A model generated the notes under the pieces. That model did no database searches. It was not told where the DNA came from and was given only the letters and a program-made list of their open reading frames with translations. 64,000 bases of DNA. It comes from Mobula hypostoma. Its lineage: Eukaryota. Positions 25,226 through 37,649 of this stretch are shown one piece after another; position 1 is the stretch's first letter; each line of letters begins with the position of its first letter. Made by a program: the position numbers and the translations under genes. Location of the stretch: assembly GCF_963921235.1 (NCBI RefSeq), contig NC_086097.1, positions 170,564,001-170,628,000 on the forward strand, read 5' to 3'.

Positions 25226-26454
25226 GCTATACCTGTAACAGCTGGCATTCACCACCTTCCCACGTGGAAACTTAGTATTTCTGCCCAAGTGTAGTAGTGT
25301 CTTTCCTTCTGATTCACTGAGTGTTGCTAGAGAGAAGCTCTCTGTAGAGTGAACCTCCAGGTATGCCAAAGGAGTGGAAGATCTTAGATGCTGAACAAGA
25401 GCAGATCCCAAAAGCCTTAACACGCCCTACTTTTCTGCTATTGGCGAATTTTTGGGTTAAATTCCCAGTGTACAATGCTGTTTAACTTCCTATTAAGTAA
25501 ACAACCCTCTGGTCTGTTCAAGCTATTCAGTTGTAATTCAGCACAAAATCAAGTGGTCTATTTACTAACACTTGAGCAATTGGTTCACTTTAACTTTCAG
25601 TGCTCTGGGTCTATTTAAGGCTCTATCTGACTTTCTGCTTGGACTTGATCATAACCTGTGATTAAAACAGCTCCACAGAGTGAAATGATCCTGATTAATG
25701 GTGTGTGTGTGTGTGATTGCAAGTCATGGTTTTATCAATAACAACAATTTTGCATGACTCTTATAAGTGAGCAAAGCACTTTTAATCTAAATCTGTTAAA
25801 ACATGGATACTAACAAAGTGCTACTCTCCTTAATGTGCAATGAATCTGAGTGAGGACTTGCCTTGTCACTTGCATGTATATGGAGCAAAATTATCACCTG
25901 GGTTTGCAGAGACAAATCGATCATTAGACTGCGCTCATTGAGAAAACACAAACTTTTGCTGAGGACTTTATTCCCTTGTACTGAAGATCTAACACTCCCA
26001 GAAGGGTTGTCCGTGGAGAACTAGACTATAATATGATAATCTCATGGTGTGGTGTACAGGTTGCCAGTGATTGCATTTAAATGGATCACAAATTTATCTG
26101 TAGCCTGTACCTTGTGTAGTGCATTCCTTATAGAAGAAGAATGTTAAATTCGGCAATGACTTGTTGAGCATCTGTACTTGAACTAGAAAGTTCTTTTCAG
26201 TCTGTTGAATGCGGACTGAATGCATTCATTAAGAAGCTTTGGAGTATAGTATCTGCCTCAGAAAGACCATTAAGAGGCAAAGATGAGCGCAATTCTTCAA
26301 TTTACTTCTTCCTGTTGGAAAGGTAGCTTGGTTCAAAGCCCTATTTATCAAGTTCTTAACAAATGCTGGGAGTCAGCACCAACATTTGATTTCAGAACAA
26401 TTGCAGAGATTACAATATATCTTCTGACAGCATCACAATGCAGCCAATGTGAGT

Positions 26455-27850
26455 CCTTCCTCCAACTTTGCCTGCAACTTCCTCCCTGCCCTCAAATTTA
26501 CCTAGACCATTTCTGACACCTCCCTCCCCTTTCTCAATCTCCCTGCTTCTGTCTCCGGAGACAGCCTACCTACTGATGTCTATTACAAACCCACAGATTC
26601 TCATAGCTTCCTGGACTACTTCTTCCCACCCTGTTACTTATGAAAACTCCATCCCCTTCTCTCAATTCCTCTGTCTCCGCCATATCTGTTCTCAGGATGA
26701 GGCTTTTCATTCTAGAAAGAAGGAGATGTCCTTTTTCAAAGAAAGGGGCTTCCCTTCCTCCACCATCAATACTGCCCTCAACCGCATCTCTTCCATTTCA
26801 TGCATGTCTGCTCTTATCCCATCCTCCAGTCACTCTACCAGAGATAGGATTCCTCTTGCATCACCTCCCCACCAGCCTTTGCATCCAGAACATAATTCTC
26901 CGGAACTTCCGCAGGATCCCACCACCAAGGACATCGTTCCCTCCCCGCCCCACCCTCCAACTTTCTATTTTCTGCAGGGATTGTTTCCTACAAGGCTCTT
27001 TTGTCCATTTGACCCTCCCCACTGATCTCCCTCCTGAAACTTATCTTTGCAAGTGGAACAAATGCTACACTTGCCCCTGCAACTCCTCCCTCACTGACAT
27101 TCAGGGCCCCAAACAGTCCTTCCGGGAGAGGTTACACTTCACCAGTGAGTCTGTTGGGGTTATCTACTGAGTCCAGTGCTCCCAGTCTGGCCTCCTGTAT
27201 ATCAGTGAGACATGATGTAGATTGGGAGACTATTTTGCCGAGCACCTACGCTCCGTCTGCCAGAAGAAGCGAGATCTCCCAGTGGCCATCTAAATTAATT
27301 CCCTTTCCCATTCCCATTCTGATACATCAATCCATGACTTCCTCTACTTTTGTGATAAGGCCACACTCAGGTTGAAGGAACAGCACCTTATATTCTGTCT
27401 GGGTAGCCTCCAACCAGATGCATGAGCTTTGATATCTCATACTTCTGGTAATGTTCCTCCCCCCCACCCCCCCACCTCACCATTCTCCTTTTCCCTCCCT
27501 CACCTTATCTTCTTGCCTCCCTGTTGCCTCCCTCCGGTGCTCCTTTTCTTTCTTCCATGGTCTTCTGTTATCTCCTATTGGACTTCCCCTTCTCCAGCCC
27601 TGTATCTCTTTCACCAATCAACTTCCCAGCTCTTCACTCACCCCTCCCCCTCCCAGTTTCACCTACCACCTTGTATTTCTCTCTCCCCTCCCCCACTTTT
27701 TAAATCCACTCCTCATCCTTTTTTTTCCCAGTCCTGCTGAAGGATTTCAGCCCAAAACGTTGACAGTACTTTTTTCTATAGGTGCTGCCTAGCTTGCTGA
27801 GTTCTTCCAGCATTTTGTGTGTGTTGCTCAGATTTCCAACATCTGCAGAT
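26455..27850 (+). mobile_element. Penelope-like element, 5'-truncated and decayed (RT thumb, GIY-YIG, pLTR)
   Basis: SSHP..NSIPFSQFL.LR.IC, CKWNKCYTC, GVIY; terminus gtcctgctgaaggatttcagcccaaaacgttgac (decayed HHR). Confidence 0.92.
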
Positions 27851-27944
27851 TTTTTTCTTGTTTGTGGGTCCTTCCTGCATTGTCTCATTACCTAGCTCCT
27901 TTACGCAAGATCCAGCACTATGTTTTAATTGTAGAGCAGCAAAA

Positions 27945-28128
27945 TGGAGACACGTGACCTGGAGATGCTGGAAATATGGAGCAACACACAATGCTGGAGG
28001 AACTTAGCAAGACAGGTAGCATTAAGCGGAAGGAAACGAATTGTCCTAATGAAGGGTCTCGATCTAAAACATTTCCCTCGATGGATATTGCCTGACCTCT
28101 TGAGTTCCTCCAGTGTTTTGAGTGTAAC
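27945..28128. mobile_element. PLE-derived fold-back mini-element with a central decayed HHR
   Basis: Inverted arms atgctggaggaacttagc..gacaggtagcat / tattgcctgacc..gagttcctccagtgt. Confidence 0.75.
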
Positions 28129-28164
28129 AGTATATTCAATTTTCATGCTTCAGATTTTATCAGA

Positions 28165-28480
28165 GAAGGGGGCCATTCAGCCCACTGAATCAAAGCTGGC
28201 AATTCTATCAATCCCATTCCCCCACTTACCTCCAAATGCCTTTCAAGCTCATCAAGCCTGTCCAGATTTTGCCACTCGCTTGCAGACTCGGGCAATTTAC
28301 AGGTACCAATTCACCTACCAACCCACACATCTTTGGGATGTGGGAGGAAAGTGGAACCCCCAGGTAGTCAGAGGAAGAAGATGCAAACTTCCCACACACA
28401 CGGGCCAAGGATTGATTTGAATCTGGATTGTTTGGTCTGTGAAGGAGCAGCGCTATTCTCTGCACCCATTCTATGGTGCA
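28165..28480 (-). mobile_element. HE1/V-SINE-like SINE
   Basis: ctttgggatgtgggaggaaa core plus tRNA-like head. Confidence 0.75.
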
Positions 28481-28719
28481 ATGACATCCATACATTCCTG
28501 CAGATAAGACAAAATGGAGTTTAGTGTCTCCATTATGTCAAGAGAGATTCCACAGTCAACAGGTAAAGCAAGAAGATGATATATTTCCCTCAGACAAGAC
28601 AACCAAATATTTCCTCTCTCCAGCTGAAGACTCTGAGACCGCTCTCAATTTATATCTCCAATTATTTTTGTCTCTCTCCCATTGCCCCCCTCCTCCCCCC
28701 CTCCCCTATTCAGAAGCTC

Positions 28720-30860
28720 AAACAGATTTATTATCACTGACTTATATGACGTGAAAGTTGTTGTTTTGTGGCAACAGTACTGTGCAAAGACATAAAATTA
28801 CTATTAAATTGCAAAAGTAGATCGTTCAGAAAAGAAAGGATTATGAAATAGTGTTCATGGACTGTTCAGAAATCAAATACTACCAAATTCATCTACATTT
28901 CACTTCCCCCATATAGCTTCCATTATCCCTTTATTTATTAAATTCCAGCACTGATAGCCTTTGTTTCTGTTTATCACCCTCCTAGCCATCTCCCCTCCTC
29001 GTACAGTATATCTGCCCTTTTTTAATCAAACGTCCATCTGTCATCTATCCACCTTGTGTCTCCTAGCACCACTCTTCTGCCTCCCTTCCTCTCCACCTGG
29101 TCTATCTGCTTGTCATCCTTCACCCCTCCTCTGTCCACTAGTTACACACTGGCTCTTGTCTCACCATCCACCCTCTCCTCTTTATTCTGGGCATCTTCCC
29201 TTGGCCAGATAAAGGGTTTAAACCTGAAATGCTAACAATTCCTTTCCACCAACAGATGCTGCCTGATCCACTTGTATGTATGTTGTAAGCAGATTCTATG
29301 TTGCTGCAGATTGTATTCCCTGCAGCCTCTCACATCTCTATACATGTGCCTAACACCAGGTGATACCTCCGCATAATTGCCAAATGAGTCGATTCATTGC
29401 TGTGATATTTACTGAGATGCAGTGAAAAGCTTATGTTTTTGTGCTATCCACACAAATAATTCCATATATAAATATATTGAGGTTGTGAAAATGAAAACAA
29501 AATGCAATATATTGTTAGAGCTAAAGGGAAAGCAGATGGATAAGGTGCAGGGGTCATGACAAGGCGGGTTTTGAGATCAGGAGCTCATCTTTAATGTACA
29601 AGATGTCCGTTCGAGAGCCTTATAACAACAAGATAGAAGTTGTCCTTGAGTCTGGTTGTTGTGCTCTTGGGCTTCTGCCTGATGGAAGGGTAAGAGGAGA
29701 GAGATTCTTTGATTTGTTGGCTGCTTTCCAGATGCAGCAGAAAGTGTAGACACTGGTGAGGAGGCTGGTGAGGAGGCTGGTTAGAGCGACGGAACAATTT
29801 CAATATCCCAGTTTTCCAATGGGAAGAATATCCTATGGCAACAAGTAGAGAATGGATATAGTGTTAGAGTTTCAAAGGCAATCCAGTTCCCGGATAAGCT
29901 TTTCCGAGGCCATGAATGAATAAATGAACTTTCCTGATGGAGGTTAAGGTTAAGGAAAAGAATGACAGAGTCATAGAGTACTACAGCATAGAAACAGGTC
30001 CTTTGGCCCATCTAGTCCATGCCAACCTGATCTTCCTATTCCCATCTACCTGCACCCGGATTATATCCCCACAAACATTTCCCATCCATGTCCTTATCCC
30101 AGCTTTTCTTAATTGAGCCTGCATCTACCAATTCTGCTGGCAGCTCATTCTACATGTGAAAAGGAATGGAATCAAAAATCAGAGGGCTTAGTATTAAGGT
30201 GAGAGGGGAAAGTTTTAGAAGGGATTTTTAGAGGCATAATTTCACACAGATGGCAGTATCATTGTGGAATGAGTTGCTGGAATTGGTTGAAGCAGGTACA
30301 GTAACAATAATTAAAAGTCACTTAGACAGGTATACGGATAAAAGATAAATGCAGATAACTTTTGTTGCAGCAGTGCAGTATAAGACATGAAAAACTACCA
30401 TGAATTATAGTGCAAAAATAAAGCAAAATAAATAGTGTAAAGGAGAAGAACGAGGTAGTGTTTACAGGTTCAGCGACCTTTTTGAAATCTCAAGGCGGGG
30501 TTCTGTTCTGAAAATATTGTATGTGTATCTTCAGGCTCTTGTACCTTCTCCCCAATGGTACTAAGGAGAAGAAGGCATGCACCAGATGATGAGGGTCCTT
30601 AACAAGGGATGCTGCCTTCCTGAGGCACTGCCTTTTGAAGATGTCGTTAATGATGGGGAGGGTTGTTCCTGTGATAGAGCTGACGGAGTCTATCACTCTC
30701 TGCAGCGCCTAGTGATGCAATGCATTGGAGCTCCATACCAGGTAGTTATGCAACCACTTGTAATGTTCTCCAAGATACATCTGTTGAAATTTGCTAGAGT
30801 CTTTGGTGGCATACCAAATCTCCTCAAACTCCAAATGAAGTGTAGCCTCTGGGGAATAGC
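28720..30860. mobile_element. Mosaic: Rex-like 3' ends (minus), PLE pLTR (about 28900-29340, plus), CR1 tails
   Basis: Family motifs as above; minus-strand ORF 30490..30696 matches the Rex-like C-terminus (KAASLVKDPHH). Confidence 0.7.
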
Positions 30861-32227
30861 AGCCTAAGGGGAATAGAAGCAGAGAGCTTCATCATGTTAC
30901 AAAGTACCTGGATCTACAATTAATGTGCTGTACCCAACAATAAGAACTGGAAATTGGGATTAGTCATAGTGGACCCAGTCTTAAAGTCCGTCATTTGTGC
31001 TGTAAGTTTATATTGTTCTGTCATTTGACTTCTGAGTTCCCAAAAAAATTACTAAATGGCTTGGTATTACTAAATGAGTTGGTTCATTTCAGATTAGTTG
31101 ATGTTTGTGGATGATATTTCTGCCAGGGAGCTTGTCACTTTATGCAAATATAAATTCATTTCTGCTCATGTAACCCATCAGGCATATATTTTCATACATT
31201 TTGATTATCATTGTGATATCCTTCTCACAGATAATGTGCAGGAATGCGTAAGCATGTGGAAAATGAACATGTTGAATTACTTCCCTTCAGTAATCTGACA
31301 TGGATCCTGTGCAGCGAGAGAACTCAGATAATTGATCAGTAATTCATTACGTAAGGCATCATTTTCCGCACATCTGTCACAGATGGCAAAAATATCACAT
31401 TAATTGCCTGGTTGTAAGTAAAAGCCAGCAGGAAAGTAGCGGGTGTAAATTGTAAAGGAAAGAAAATGCCATTTCATAACTCAACACTGGAAGTAGACTG
31501 ACTACACCAGTGGGAGACCAAACTAATGTGTTGTTTGCCTTTTTCCAAGTAGATGATGCATGGAGTATGCAAACCCTGGTTAGTTACCTTCAGGTGATGG
31601 ACTTCCTTCACACATCATATTCTTGGTATATTCCCTGGGTTGCTATTATCACTGATTAAAAAGCCTCCACATTTTAAAATTAATTCCCATTTTGAGTCTC
31701 TGCTGGGCTTTTATTTTGATTGCATTCATCCTCCATGTAAGCGAGGAACTGGCTGGACACTATGTGGCAATAGTGCCGTGAGCAGTTGCCTCAGGCCAAT
31801 CCTAACACATCAGTCATCTTCACGTTGATTTTGATTTCTCCAGTGGGCGCTGAAGAAACTGGCCTGGGACACTGCTGTTGTCCTGGCCTCTGGGATTACT
31901 CAGGGGAAAGTCAGATGAATCAACAACATGACAGAAAGCTGCAGGAATATATAGAATCAGAATCAGGTGATTATCAATGACATGTGTCACGAAATTGTTT
32001 GTTTTGGGGCATCAGTTCAGTGTAATACATAAAATATAACAAATGGCAATAAGAAATATAAATCTTAGGTAGTGCAGAAAGAGAGCAAAAATAATGAGGT
32101 GGAGTTCATGGGTTCATTGTCCATCCAGAAATTTGATGGGGAAGGGTAGGAAGCTGTTCCTATAATATTTTTATACAGTAATATAAATATAATATTCAAC
32201 ATAAAACTATACAGCAGAAAACCGGAC

Positions 32228-32408
32228 TCAAAATGCTGGAGGAAAGCAAGACAGGGAGTATCTATGGAGGGGTATAACCAGTGGATGGTTTTAACCTGAA
32301 ACATTGCCTGTTTATTCCCTTCCACAGATGCTGCCTGACTTGCTGAGTTTCTCCAGTATTTTGCGTGTGTTGCTCAAGATTTCCAGCATGTGCAGAATCT
32401 CTTGTGTT
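32228..32408. mobile_element. PLE-derived fold-back mini-element
   Basis: aaatgctggaggaa.. arm inverted against ctgagtttctccagtattt; cctgaaacattg HHR remnant in the centre. Confidence 0.7.
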
Positions 32409-32409
32409 T

Positions 32410-33050
32410 AGCACAGGAACAGGTTCCCCAGCCCATGCTGTCTCTATCGAGCATGATGCCAAATTAAAATAATCCCTTGCTCCAGCTCGTGATCCATATC
32501 CCTCTATTCACGTGACTTACCAACAGCCTCTTAAACATCATTATTCGATATGCATCCACCACCTCTTGTGGCAGCCCGCTACACTCTGTGTAAGAAACCT
32601 GAGTATCTCCTTTAAATTTTCCCATTCTCACGATAAAACATGCCCTCTAGTGCTTGACATTGGGAAAACTAGTCTGTCTACCCGCTCTTTGCCTCTCATA
32701 ATTGTATAAACTTCTATCAGGTCTCCTCTCAGCCTCTGGTGTTCCAGAGAAAAACAATTGAAGTTTGTCCAACCACTCATTACTACTACTACTACCACTA
32801 CTACAACTACTACTACTACGTCGACTCAGGCCTAGGGGGCCGGCGTCGGGCAAAATTACAATTAATACCCTCCAATCCAGGCAGCATCTTGGTAAAACTC
32901 TCCTGCAAACTCTCAACACCCTCTCCAAACTCTCAACATCCTTCCTGCAATGGGGCAACCAGAAATCAACACAATAGTCATAGTAAGGCCTAACCAAAGT
33001 TTTATACAGCTGTAATATGACCTCTTGACTCTCATGTTTACTGCCCTGAC
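32410..33050 (-). mobile_element. CR1 3' fragment
   Basis: Minus-strand VRPYYDYCVDFWLPHCRKDVESLER. Confidence 0.8.
32781..32852 (-). mobile_element. (TAC)n microsatellite plus 33-bp GC-rich tag; probable extreme 3' end of a different (RTE-like) LINE
   Basis: Minus strand reads tgcccgacgccggccccctaggcctgagtcgacg(TAG)n and interrupts the CR1 sequence. Confidence 0.55.
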
Positions 33051-34236
33051 TGAAAGTGAGAGAGCAAGTTTAAAGGAGCTGTACAGACTAAGATTTCATT
33101 TATACACACAGCGTTCTGTGCTTAGGACATGCAGTGGGGAAGGTGGTAGAAGCAGGCATCAGAGTAATGTTTAAGAATCTTTAGACAGGCACAGGAAAAG
33201 ATGGAAAATACAGGAATATGGACCATGTGCAGGCAAATGGCATCAGTTAGATTGCCATAATGGTCAGCACACACATGGTGGGCTGAAGGGCCTATTCCTG
33301 TTTCATGTTCTAATTTTGTCCTAAATCCCATAGGACATATCTTCAGACAGTGACCTGCCAGGGGTAGCATTCTCTCTGCATACAGCCTGTCAAAACATAC
33401 CACCAAGACCTGGCATGAACTTTGGACATTACTGGGCAGGGACTAGTCAATCCCCTGGCAAGAACATCACCAAGGATATCTTTGCAGCAACATGATTGAT
33501 GGAACTCAGTTGGAAGCTGGTGGGTTAAAAGATTAGCTTTATTTATCACAGATGCATCGAAACATATAGTGAAATGCATCATTGTGTCAAATGAAAATAC
33601 TGATGTGACTGATGGTGCTTGAAGTAACTTGAAAAATTAGCCAATTTGACTTGGTTGTCACCAATCTACTTGGGACAGGTTCATGAATGTTTTGGTGAAG
33701 AAAAGTTCATTGCACAATCCTTGCTGAGATAAAGTCCCACCTTTACACCTGGGACTCCCACTACCATGTAACATAACTATTGACCCAAATAGGATTGACT
33801 GCTCAAAGATCTAGCCAGTCAAAACATAGCATCAATAAAGAATAGTGGATCATTAAAGCAGAAACATACACCTTCTCAATCTGTAACTAGATAACCTGGC
33901 ATTTCACCTGGCCATTTACTTTCTACTGTGTCGGGAAAGCAGCCAACATGATCAAGGACCCTTCTTCCACGGTCATTCTGTCTTTTACCCCTGTCATTGC
34001 AGAAAAGATACTAAAACTTGAGAACATGTATAACCAGACGTAAGGCTAGCTTCTCTCCTGCTGTTATAGAATGTTGAATGGACCACTTGTATGATAAAGA
34101 TGAGCTCTTGATCTTTGCCTGTCTCTCATGGCCCTTGCACATTTTTGCCTACTTTCTCGGCAACTGTCACACTATATCCTTCATTCTGTTTCATTTTATT
34201 TCTGTTCTGCCCAGTGTCCTACACATAGAATAAAAT

Positions 34237-34510
34237 GGGCAGCATGATAGCGTAGTGTTTAGCACAATGCTTTACAGTATCAGCAACCTGGGTTCAATTC
34301 CCACTGCTGTCTGTAAGGAGTTTGTACGTTCTCCCGGTGACCGCGTGGGTTTCCTACCATAGTCCAATGATGTACCAGTTGGTACATTAATTGGTCATTG
34401 TAAATTGTCCCATGATTAGTCTAGGGTTAAATCGGGGGACTGCTGGGCAGCGCATCTCGAAGGGCTTGAAGGCCCTATTCCGCACTGTACCTCAATAACA
34501 ATAAGTAAGT
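34237..34510 (+). mobile_element. tRNA-derived SINE (HE1-like) with recognisable Pol III boxes
   Basis: A-box-like TAGCGTAGTGT 34248-34258, B box GGTTCAATTCC 34291-34301, ggagtttgtacgttctcc core, CR1-like tail gaaggccctattcc. Confidence 0.88.
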
Positions 34511-34524
34511 GTATAGATAATGGG

Positions 34525-35670
34525 TTATTGGTTTATTATTGACATGTGCACCAAGATAATAGTGTTTGCGTACCATAAATACATTGACGTAGTGTTAAAG
34601 GATGAAAAAGGAGAATGCAGATATACTGTAGTATTATAGGTACAAGACAATGCTGTGCAGATAGACTGATAAAGTACAAGGGCTACAACAAGATGGAGTG
34701 GGCGATCAAGAGTTTATTTTAAACATATTAGATGGCCATTCAAGATGACCATAGACACATTCCTTTCCTTCACTGTACTTACAAACTTTGACCACTCAGG
34801 GTACACCTGTGTACACAGTGTACACCGCTATAAATAACAATGTAGTTACCTACCTCATCTGCTGTCAAACCACGACCTCTACCACCGTGCCATTTCAGTG
34901 CCTTGCCTGAGACCAGAAGAAACTGGAGAGTTGTGGACACACTCAGCAAATCACAGAAATCATCCTTCCCTCTGTGGACCGTGTCTACTGTACACTTCTC
35001 AGTGTCCTCCGTAAAGCAGCAAGCATAATCAGAGAACACACATACCCCAGACATTTTCTCTTCTCCCCCTCCTATCGGCAGAAGATAAAAAGCCTGAAGA
35101 CATGTACCACCAGGCTCAAGGACAGTATCTATCACTCTGTTAAAAACTATTGAATGGTCCCCTGGTATGATAAGATGAAATCTTGACCTCACAGTTTACC
35201 TCACCATGGCCTTGCATCTTATTGTCTGCCTGCACTCTACGTTCTCTGTAACTGTAACACTTTATTCTGCATTCTGTTATTGTTTTCCCTCATGTTTCCT
35301 CAATGTGCTGTTGTAATGAAATGATCTGTAGCAATGGTATACAAGAAGGTTTTCACTGTACATTGGTACATCTGTCAGTTTTAAAAAAAAACAATTTTCC
35401 AATTTACCAAGAAGGATGTGGGAAGCAGATACATGGGAACACCACCACCTACCCTCAGGTTCCTATGCAAGTTACACAGCATCCTGGACCTGGAAGTATG
35501 TCCCTGTATCTTCATAGATGGATCAACATTCTGGAATTCCTTACCCAATGACAAGGTACCTGCACCAGAAAAATGAAAGTTCACTGGTTCAGGAAGTGTG
35601 CCTTCTCATGGCCAATTAACTTGGGCAATTAAAAGCTGACCTTAACTGCAATACACTCATCACATGGATG
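34525..35670. mobile_element. Rex-like 3' ends (minus about 34525-34750; plus about 34900-35400) and an old L2-like 3' end (about 35410-35670, plus)
   Basis: Family-shared tails seen elsewhere in the window. Confidence 0.65.
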
Positions 35671-36569
35671 TACAAAATTATAGTTTCCGTGAGATGGAAA
35701 AAATGCAGGTACTAATATTAGAAAGACCTGGATTTTCAGCAAGTACATAAAAGCAAAGAGGAGGGTGTTAAATTAATAAGCAAATGCTGTAACTGTTTTG
35801 ATCTTCAGTGGAGGGACTGCTGAGTGAGATGTGCATTTTAAATCTCATATGAAGCATGCCTATGGAATGAAATAAGGTTGGAATTAGAATGAAATCAAAT
35901 GAAATTAAGAACACTGATGTGCTGTTGGGAGATAAAATAAGCAAGTAATAAGAGATATGATTGTTCAAATATTACAAGATAGATTCACGGCGATTAACTC
36001 ACTGGGCAATATCATTTGGATCCTGATGCATGAACAGAGACCATTTTCACCTGACCTCACCTGTAATTGTTTCAACATATTCAATCACACTGTCTAGGTT
36101 AATAGTGGTTAGTTGATTTTGATGCCTTTATATTCATGTTGTTAAGAGGGTCAGCTGTTACATTACCCAGGATGAATTGCAGAAAAGGCTGTATGGGAAC
36201 ATCTGCTATATCCCTCCAATACTGTGGATAATGAATAACTCGGGTGTCTCCTTGTCAGTATTTGGAAGACAGATGTGCTGATTGGTGCCATTTCCAAAGG
36301 GAATCCACTCATTGCAATTCTATATCTAACACCATATTAGCTACACCTTAACCTGCAGGGAATCCAAATGGCAGGTCCACATGGAGTACAAAATCATTTA
36401 ATTATTTAGCTGCCAGAGTTACTTCAAATACAACTTCCCAAATATTTGTTTTAGATCTTAACTTCATAATGAATAACCTGGAAATTGGATTACTAATATT
36501 TGAAATCTAGTGCATAAAACTGCTTGGTGTAATGAATGTGTTGGCAATGCATGTCTGTGTTTTCAATTG

Positions 36570-37325
36570 TAGGCATTGCTGGCAAGGTCACCCATTACTA
36601 AGTTGGCGAGGTGGTGGTGAGCTGATTTCTTGAACCTTTGCAGCCCTTCCTGTGAAGGTGCTCCTTCTGTGTTAGTGTGCAGAGAGTTTTATGATTTAGA
36701 TCCAGTGAGAGTGAAGAACTGGCAATATATTTCCAAGTCATGATGGCGTGTGATGTGGAGGAGAAATGGTCGTTTGATGGTGTCCTATCTCCCTGATTAA
36801 CTTTGAGGCTGTAAGTTTGGATGATGCCATTAGAATAGCCAAAATGAGTTTTTGCTGTATATTTTGTGGATGGTGCACATCACAGTTCTATTGTAAAATA
36901 GAGACTGCTGGAGGAATTCAAAGGGTCAGGCAACATCCACAAAGAGAAATGGATACTTGACGCTTTGGGTCAAGATCCTTCATCTGGACCTCAACTTAAA
37001 ATGTCAACTGTCCATTGCCCTTCACAGATGCTGCCTCTCCTCCTGAGTTTTGACAGCAGTGTTTTTGTTGTTGCTTCAGAATACATCATCTGCAGTCTCT
37101 TGTCTCTGCACTTATGGTGAGCCAGTGATAGAGGGTGATGGTGTATATGGCAGTGGACAGGGTACTGGCTGAGTGGTCTGCCTTGACCTGGATGCGGACA
37201 CGTTTTCTAAATGTATGGACCTTGAGCACCACTGTGAATCATCGAAGATATCTTAAAGATTGGAAAGTATTATTCAATTGTCTCGCACATTCTTCAATTG
37301 CTGTCCCACTGCTGTGGATATGATA
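36570..37325 (-). mobile_element. Ancient L2/CR1-like LINE fragment interrupted by a PLE fold-back
   Basis: gctggcaaggtca..gtggtggtgagctg..cttgaac motif. Confidence 0.55.
36900..37106. mobile_element. PLE-derived fold-back mini-element
   Basis: Arms ctgctggaggaattc..caggcaacatc..ttgacgc / tgtcaactg..agatgctgcc..ctgagtt..cagcag, with HHR remnants at the axis. Confidence 0.75.
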
Positions 37326-37649
37326 GGGTCTTTTAAGAGACTTTTGGATAGGTACATGGAGCTTAGAAAAATAGAGGGCTATGGGTAACCCTAGTAATTT
37401 CTAAGGGAGGGACATGTTCGGCACAACTTTGTGGGCTGAAGGGCCTGTATTGTGCTGTCGGTTTTCTATGTTTCTATGTTAAAGCCTCTTGTTCTTAGCA
37501 GCACAAAGTATATAGAGAACAGAACAGTTTAGCACGGGAGCTGGACCCTCAGTCTACAATGTTGTGCCAAACCAATTAAATTAGTATATAGTTTGGTTGA
37601 GCTATTCTTCCGATCTTGACAATTTACTTGCAAACATTTCATCACAAAC

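Noticed and set aside
27945..28128. DNA-transposon MITE or pre-miRNA interpretation of the fold-backs
   Set aside because: The arms are the same sequence as the termini of the GIY-YIG-encoding PLEs in this window, and there are no transposase-type TIR or TA-TSD signatures.
32647..32997. ORFs with poly-Ser, poly-Tyr or poly-Leu tracts
   Set aside because: Translations of the (TAC)n microsatellite inside a CR1 remnant.
34237..34310. tRNA gene
   Set aside because: A and B boxes are present, but the sequence continues into the SINE core and LINE-like tail, and I could not fold a convincing cloverleaf.
34793..34830. gtacac-repeat palindrome resembling a Tc1-type MITE end
   Set aside because: Too short and degenerate, with no partner TIR found.
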